Part shown: positions 38,004-43,423 of the stretch, piece by piece
Layout of the letters: every line of letters begins with the position of its first letter
Numbering within the stretch: the first letter of the stretch is position 1
NCBI GenBank assembly: GCA_016190925.1
Contig: JACPPQ010000017.1
Location: 1 to 43,423, forward strand
Direction: 5' to 3'
DNA length: 43,423 nucleotides
Source of the DNA: Chloroflexota bacterium
GTDB taxonomy: Bacteria; Chloroflexota; Dehalococcoidia; Dehalococcoidales; JACPPQ01
Program-made: the position numbers and the translations under genes
Notes under the pieces: model-generated
The model's input: the letters and a program-made list of their open reading frames with translations, nothing else
Databases searched by the model: none
What the model was told of the DNA's origin: nothing

Positions 38004-39135
38004 GGTAGGCGTTCCGAGAGCTTTGCTGTATTATCAGTACTATCCCATGTGGAAGACCTTTTTCGAAAGCCTGGGAGCGGAGGTAGTAGTGTCACCCACG
38101 ACTACCCAGGCGATGGTATCCTCCGGCGCTTCCCGGGTGGTTGCCGAGACCTGCCTTCCAGCTAAGGTCTTCCTGGGCCATACGCTTACCCTGGCGGACA
38201 AGTGCGACTTCATGTTTATTCCGGTGGTGCGCAGCGTAAGAAAAAAGACCTACAACTGCTCCAAGTTCCTCGGCCTGCCGGATATGTGCCGGGCGGTTAT
38301 CCCGGAGTCGCCGCCCATCCTGGAACCGGAGATAGACGTCAACAGGGGTCAGCGCGACCTCTACCTGGCTATATACCGGCTGGGACGGCGCTTCACCTGG
38401 AACCCGCGCAAAGTGAAACAGGCGGCGCAGGCAGCATGGCAATCGCACCTGGATTATCTCAACCTTATGTCAAGTGATAAATTAACCCCGCCGCAGGCAA
38501 TCGAAAGATTAACCGGGACGTCTCAGCCGAGCCTGTTTGGTGACAGACTCGAAATCCCCCTTAATCCCTTCAGGGTGAACCTTCAGGATGAACCCCCTTT
38601 TACAAAGGGAGACATTCCACATTCTCCTGTCTCTCATTCCCTGGAGAAACGGAACGGACAGAAGAAAAATTCCGAAATGTCAGGCACTCACAAAGCCACA
38701 ATTGCCGTAATCGGACACTCCTATATCCTCTATGACGAGCACATCAGCCATCGCATCATCCATCGTCTCGAGCAGGCCGGAGCAAAGGTGCTCACACCGG
38801 ATATGCTGATGCGGCAGGAGCTCGAGGCAGCCGTAATAAAGATTACCGGCAGGGTCTACTGGACGCAGGAAGAGGAGGTAGTCGGGGCAGGTGTGCATTA
38901 CCTTGAAAGCGCCGTTGACGGCATTATCGGCTTGACCACCTTCGGCTGCGGGCCTGACTCCCTGATGATGGACGTGGTGCGCCGGCAGGCCACCAAACTG
39001 AAGAACGTGCCTTTCATGAGCCTTACCCTGGACGAGCACACGGCAGAAGGGGGACTAATCACCCGTCTAGAGGCTTTTCTCGACATGCTCCAGAGGAAGA
39101 AAAGGGGGAAGTCAGAAGTATGCGCCTCGGCCTGA
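37996..39135 (+). CDS. Acyl-CoA dehydratase activase-related (DUF2229-like) protein with an in-frame repeat insertion
   Basis: VGVPRALLYY, ETCLPAK, CSKFLGLPD, FGCGPD, LDEHT..G..TRLEAF. Confidence 0.85.
   Translation: MIRVGVPRALLYYQYYPMWKTFFESLGAEVVVSPTTTQAMVSSGASRVVAETCLPAKVFLGHTLTLADKCDFMFIPVVRSVRKKTYNCSKFLGLPDMCRAVIPESPPILEPEIDVNRGQRDLYLAIYRLGRRFTWNPRKVKQAAQAAWQSHLDYLNLMSSDKLTPPQAIERLTGTSQPSLFGDRLEIPLNPFRVNLQDEPPFTKGDIPHSPVSHSLEKRNGQKKNSEMSGTHKATIAVIGHSYILYDEHISHRIIHRLEQAGAKVLTPDMLMRQELEAAVIKITGRVYWTQEEEVVGAGVHYLESAVDGIIGLTTFGCGPDSLMMDVVRRQATKLKNVPFMSLTLDEHTAEGGLITRLEAFLDMLQRKKRGKSEVCASA
38551..38672. repeat. REP doublet embedded in coding sequence
   Basis: gaaatcccccttaatccc...cccccttttacaaagggag matches intergenic 116-152. 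Confidence 0.7.
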
Positions 39136-40193
39136 CTCACATGGGCAACCTTTACGTCGGCATAAGGGGTATAGCCAGCAAAGTTGGCTGCGAGCTGGTG
39201 GTTACGCCGCCCACAACCCAGCTCACCCTCTCCCTGGGCGTGAAATACTCACCGGAGACAGTCTGCCTGCCTTTCAAGCTCCAGCTGGGCAACATGATTG
39301 AGGCGCTGGAGATGGGGGCGGACACGCTGGTGATGCCGGGCGGACCCGGCCCGTGCCGGTTCGGCTATTACAACAAACTCCACAAAATGATTCTGCACGA
39401 GATGGACTACAAATTTCACCTGGTAACCCAGGAGCGCGGTATAATGCATATTATAAGGTCTCTCACCGGCGGCGCTCCCCTGCAACAGGTGATAGACGGC
39501 TTCCGTTTCGGCATCGCCAAGCTGAACGCGATAGAAAATCTCGAACGGCTGGCGCACAAGATGAGGGCCATAGAGCGGAACAGGGGGGAAGCCACCCGAA
39601 TCTTCAGAGAGTCTGTCAAGGCCATTGACGAAACTGAAGACCATAAGTCATTCAAGCAGATCAGGAAAGAATACGAACAGAAGCTCACGAGCCTTCCTAC
39701 AGTCGAATCACCTGCTCCTTTAAAGATTGGCATAACTGGAGAAGTCTTCATCGTGCTAGACCCGTTTGCCAACATGGATATAGAAATCGAGCTTGGTAAG
39801 CTGGGGGTTGAAGTCAGGCGCACACTCTTCATCGGCGACTGGGTGAAGCTCAACCCATTCATCTACAAACTCGGCCTGCGAGAAAAGGACAGGAGCCACA
39901 GGGCGGCGCTGCCGTACCTCGCACGCCATGTCGGAGGAGATGGCTGGCAGTCGGTAGGCGAAAAGGTGCTGCATGCCAGGGATTGGGACGGACTGATTCA
40001 CATCGAGCCCTTCGGCTGCGTGCCGGAAATAATGGCGCGCAATATCATGCCCTACACCAAAGAAGCTCTGCCGGTGCTCGATATCATTTTCGATGAGCAC
40101 ACCGGAAGGGCGGGGGTAATCAATCGTCTCGAAGCATTTGTCGACATGATACGTCGGAAAAAACGGAAGAGGAAAGTCCAAGTATGCGCATAG
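39120..40193 (+). CDS. CoA protein activase / 2-hydroxyacyl-CoA dehydratase-like protein, copy 1
   Basis: HMGN, SPETVCLPFK, GPCRFGYY, GGDG, PFGCVPE, DEHTG..G...RLEAF. Confidence 0.85.
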   Translation: MRLGLTHMGNLYVGIRGIASKVGCELVVTPPTTQLTLSLGVKYSPETVCLPFKLQLGNMIEALEMGADTLVMPGGPGPCRFGYYNKLHKMILHEMDYKFHLVTQERGIMHIIRSLTGGAPLQQVIDGFRFGIAKLNAIENLERLAHKMRAIERNRGEATRIFRESVKAIDETEDHKSFKQIRKEYEQKLTSLPTVESPAPLKIGITGEVFIVLDPFANMDIEIELGKLGVEVRRTLFIGDWVKLNPFIYKLGLREKDRSHRAALPYLARHVGGDGWQSVGEKVLHARDWDGLIHIEPFGCVPEIMARNIMPYTKEALPVLDIIFDEHTGRAGVINRLEAFVDMIRRKKRKRKVQVCA

Positions 40194-41263
40194 GCATACC
40201 TCACATGGGCAATGTATGGGTGACCGTCAAGGCCCTGCTCAAAGGGCTGGATGTCGAATGCGTTGTGCCGCCGATGAGCACGCGGCGCACCCTCTCCCTG
40301 GGCGTCAGGTACTCGCCGGAAGGGCTGTGCCTGCCTTTCAAGCTTACCCTGGGAAACCTGATTGAAGCCGCAGAAATGGGAGCAGACGTTCTGCTCATGC
40401 CCGGCGGCTCCGGCATCTGCCGGCTGGGATACTACGGCAACATCCAGCAGCAAATCCTTGATGAGATGGGATTCAAGGTGGAGGTCAAGGCCATCGGAGT
40501 CTCGGACCGCAAGCTGTTCGGCGTGCTGGCGCTGATAAGAAGCCTGCCGAACAAGCCCTCCTGGTCTGCCATACTATCATCCTACCGCTTCGGCATGGCC
40601 AAGCAAAACTCCCTGGACAGGATAGAGATGCAGGTGCAGAAGGTACGGCCGGTAGAGCAGACGAAGGGAACCGCCAACAGGATATATGATAAGGCCATCA
40701 AAGCCGTTGACGCCGCTGACGATTATGATGCGCTTAAGAGCGCAGAGGCGGAGCACGCCGTCCAGCTTAACCAGGTGCCGAGAAATGGACGCAAACCGCT
40801 GCTGGTCGGCATAACGGGAGAGTTCTATGTGCTGCTTGAACCATTTTCCAACCTGGATGTAGAGGACGAACTGGGTAAGCTGGGGGTTGAGGTGAGAAGA
40901 ACCACCTTTATTTCCAAGTGGACCAGATTCAGCCTGTTTCTTAACGCAATGGGGCTGAACGAGAAGCAGAGGATTCACCGCGCAGCGATGCCCTACCTGA
41001 AACGGGACATCGGCGGTGACGGCTGGGAATCGGTGGGGGAAAAGGTGCTCCATTCAAGGGAGTACGACGGCATAGTGCACCTTGCGCCGTTTACCTGCAT
41101 GCCGGAAATAGTGGCGCAGAATATCATGCCTTCGACTAAAGAGAAAATCCCGGTGCTGACTCTTCTGTGCGACGAGCAAATGGGCAAACCGGGGATGCTG
41201 ACCCGCCTGGAGGCCTTCGTCGACCTGCTGGAGCGCAGGCGGAAGATACCAAGTAGCCAGTAG
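40184..41263 (+). CDS. CoA protein activase / 2-hydroxyacyl-CoA dehydratase-like protein, copy 2
   Basis: HMGN, SPEGLCLPFK, GICRLGYY, GGDG, PFTCMPE, TRLEAF. Confidence 0.85.
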   Translation: MRIGIPHMGNVWVTVKALLKGLDVECVVPPMSTRRTLSLGVRYSPEGLCLPFKLTLGNLIEAAEMGADVLLMPGGSGICRLGYYGNIQQQILDEMGFKVEVKAIGVSDRKLFGVLALIRSLPNKPSWSAILSSYRFGMAKQNSLDRIEMQVQKVRPVEQTKGTANRIYDKAIKAVDAADDYDALKSAEAEHAVQLNQVPRNGRKPLLVGITGEFYVLLEPFSNLDVEDELGKLGVEVRRTTFISKWTRFSLFLNAMGLNEKQRIHRAAMPYLKRDIGGDGWESVGEKVLHSREYDGIVHLAPFTCMPEIVAQNIMPSTKEKIPVLTLLCDEQMGKPGMLTRLEAFVDLLERRRKIPSSQ

Positions 41264-41272
41264 CCAGAAAAT

Positions 41273-41423
41273 CTAGTGTAGTGCCTCAAAGATTACTTTA
41301 CAATCATCACACTCGTGTTGTCATTCCAGCGAAGGCTGGAATCCAGTATCCCCAACCACCTGGATTCCGTATCAGGTACGGAGTAACTGACGTTGTTAGG
41401 GTGTTATTGTTACACTACACTAG
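41273..41423. mobile_element. CTAG-bounded MITE-like element carrying a REP doublet
   Basis: ctagtgtagtg ... cactacactag termini; internal gtcattccagcgaaggctggaatcca / tggattccgtatcaggtacggagtaac. Confidence 0.7.
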
Positions 41424-41489
41424 TTTCTGGTGTTTGGGATTTGGTTATTGGAATTTGTTTGGTTATTGTATCTTGGTTATTGGTAATTT
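41424..41489. repeat. Degenerate heptamer tandem repeat (TTGGTTA-like)
   Basis: Reverse complement resembles 78-120 (shared aaacaaatt core). Confidence 0.6.
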
Positions 41490-41582
41490 ACGTTGGCAGG
41501 GCGAATTGCTTCAAAATCGTACTATACCATAAAATGACTGCTCTAAAAACTTGATTCGGATAAGAGTGATATTGGAGGTCTT

Positions 41583-43127
41583 ATGCGGGCTATCGTAAGT
41601 GTCTGGGACAAAACAGGTGTAACCGATTTCGCCAGGGGACTGGTGCGGCTGGGCTACGAGGTAGTCAGCACCGGCGGCACCAAGAAAGCGCTGGCCGAAG
41701 CGGGCGTGCCGGTGAAAAGCATTTCGGATATTACCGGCTTTCCTGAGATTCTGGATGGCAGGGTGAAGACCCTGCACCCGTCTGTGCATGGCGGCATCCT
41801 TGCACGACGCGACCTTCCCGACCACATGTCCCAACTGGCTAAAAACAAAATCGAGACCATCGACCTGGTAGCGGTGAACCTCTATCCTTTTGTCCAGACT
41901 GTTTCGAAAGAGGGCGTCACATTAGAGGATGCGCTGGAGAACATCGATATCGGCGGGCCGACGCTGATTCGCGCGTCAGCCAAGAATTTCCCCGGCGTGA
42001 TTGTGGTGGTAGACCCGGCTGACTACGGAGCGGTGCTGGAGAAGCTGGCAAAGGGCGGGCTGGAGCTTGCCGACCGCAAACGGCTGGCGCAGAAGGCTTT
42101 TCAGCATGTGGCTACCTATGATACCGCCATTTCACAATATTTGCGACAGGGCGAGGAGGGTTTTCCTGTGGAGATGACCGTGGCCATGAAGAAGCGCTAC
42201 AGCCTGCGCTACGGCGAGAACCCGCACCAGCAGGCTGCTTTCTACGCCGAGCAAGCGGTGGGGGCAAAAGGCGCGACGGGTATCACCTGGGCAGAGCAGC
42301 TCTGGGGGAAGGAGCTATCTTTTAACAACATCCTGGATGCCGACGCCGCCTGGGGGGTGGTCACCGATTTTGCGGCACCGACAGTGGCTATTATTAAACA
42401 CACCAATCCCTGCGGCCTGGCCTGCCACGATGATATTGCCGAGGCGTACCGCCGGGCGCTCACCGGCGACCCTATAGCGGCGTTCGGGGGAATTGTGGCA
42501 ACAAACCGGCCGGTCGATGCGTCTGCCGCAGGAGAGATTGTCAAGACCTTCTACGAGATTATCATCGCGCCAAAATATGAGGCAAAGGCGCTTGAGCTAC
42601 TTAAGAAGAGGAAAGACCTGCGCATACTGCTCGCCGAGCTTCCTCCTGGATACGGCAAAGCTGAGCCGCCCTACATCGATTTCCGTAGAGTTAAAGGCGG
42701 GTTCCTGGTGCAGACCTCGGACACGCTGCCCGAAAGCAGTGTCGAGTTGAAGACCGTTACCAAACGCGCGCCAACCGGGTCTGAGGTAGAGGACCTGCTT
42801 TTCGCCTGGCGGGTGGTGAAGCATGTAAAGTCCAATGCCATTGTCCTGGCCAAGGGAAAAACATTGCTGGGGATGGGAGCGGGACAGCCCAGCCGCATTG
42901 TCAGCGCTCAGATAGCGGTGGAGAGGGCGGGAGATAAGGTATCCGGAAGCGTGCTGGCCTCCGACGCCATGTTCCCCTTCCCGGACGTGGTGGAACTGGC
43001 TGCCAAGGGCAAGGTGACAGCCATTATCCAACCCGGCGGCTCGATACGGGACGAAGACTCCATCAAGGCGGCGGATGAGCGCGGCATAGCCATGGTATTC
43101 ACCAGGGTAAGGCATTTCAGGCATTAA
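41583..43127 (+). CDS. purH: Bifunctional AICAR transformylase / IMP cyclohydrolase
   Basis: SVWDKTG, GRVKTLHP, ENIDIGGP, LRYGENPHQ, KHTNPCG, KSNAI, ASDAMFPF, RHFRH. Confidence 0.97.
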   Translation: MRAIVSVWDKTGVTDFARGLVRLGYEVVSTGGTKKALAEAGVPVKSISDITGFPEILDGRVKTLHPSVHGGILARRDLPDHMSQLAKNKIETIDLVAVNLYPFVQTVSKEGVTLEDALENIDIGGPTLIRASAKNFPGVIVVVDPADYGAVLEKLAKGGLELADRKRLAQKAFQHVATYDTAISQYLRQGEEGFPVEMTVAMKKRYSLRYGENPHQQAAFYAEQAVGAKGATGITWAEQLWGKELSFNNILDADAAWGVVTDFAAPTVAIIKHTNPCGLACHDDIAEAYRRALTGDPIAAFGGIVATNRPVDASAAGEIVKTFYEIIIAPKYEAKALELLKKRKDLRILLAELPPGYGKAEPPYIDFRRVKGGFLVQTSDTLPESSVELKTVTKRAPTGSEVEDLLFAWRVVKHVKSNAIVLAKGKTLLGMGAGQPSRIVSAQIAVERAGDKVSGSVLASDAMFPFPDVVELAAKGKVTAIIQPGGSIRDEDSIKAADERGIAMVFTRVRHFRH

Positions 43128-43159
43128 TGCTTAGTTGTAATACCAACGTTATGGCAGTC

Positions 43160-43322
43160 TCCTCTCCCCAGTGTGGGAGAGGATTAAAGCCTGCCCCGTG
43201 CTTGATACGGGGGTGAGGGGTTGTAAATAACGTCTTTTCACCCTCACCCAGCGCATCGCTTCTCTTAAACAATAAAAAGGTGGGTTTCGCCTCGATTCCA
43301 TCTCGCCTGCACCCACCCTAAG
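43160..43322. repeat. REP cluster (CCTCTCCC-GGGAGAGG/GGTGAGGG type with nested hairpin, plus GGTGGG...CCCACCCTA type)
   Basis: Related to 15729-15811 and 9991-10032; nested cccgtgcttgatacggg equals the inverted module near 27942. Confidence 0.7.
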
Positions 43323-43352
43323 AGACTATACGAAGATTAGCAAGGGTGTAAT

Positions 43353-43423
43353 ATGAAATTTTTGAATAAAGTTATAAAAAAAATCGGTAGAGAGTTGGAT
43401 ATTATTCCGGATGAGTATTGGGA
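43353..43423 (+). CDS. Partial AT-rich ORF running off the right edge (MKFLNKVIKKIGRELDIIPDEYW...)
   Basis: AAGGGTG upstream; open to the window edge. Confidence 0.45.
   Translation, partial: MKFLNKVIKKIGRELDIIPDEYW

Noticed and set aside
41424-41582. ZMP/ZTP or purine riboswitch upstream of purH (also checked upstream of purL)
   Set aside because: No recognisable consensus; the regions are occupied by repeats

Overview
A mostly housekeeping chromosomal segment from an anaerobic bacterium. Gene content, the GAAC-N4-GTTC LexA box and protein style suggest Chloroflexota/Dehalococcoidia (inference). It encodes hdrCB, a DUF1540 protein, flavin reductase-rubredoxin, a P-type ATPase, pyk, rubrerythrin, a coiled-coil serine protease, an acyl-CoA thioesterase, lgt, two alpha-glucan phosphorylases, plsY, tRNA-Glu, rpsT, lexA and a two-component pair. 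Further on are an HhH-type protein, NYN and radical SAM proteins, a 915-aa Ala-rich tail-anchored coiled coil, purQ/purL, yqeY/rpsU, a three-gene membrane/cupin module, an MFS transporter, an M20 amidohydrolase, three CoA-activase-related genes and purH. No CRISPR array, transposase, integrase or rRNA is seen. The least explained signals are non-coding: (1) a ~220-nt highly structured, pseudoknotted candidate ncRNA at 2051-2272; (2) CTAG-bounded MITE-like shells carrying different REP doublets; (3) several REP families, two of which have been translated into proteins; (4) a shared 43-bp operator upstream of two oxidative-stress genes; (5) six 11-bp-phased direct repeats at the kinase start; (6) a collapsed glycosyltransferase pseudogene and a small zinc-ribbon ORF missed by the ORF track. 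All protein calls are from motif recognition only, with no database searches.
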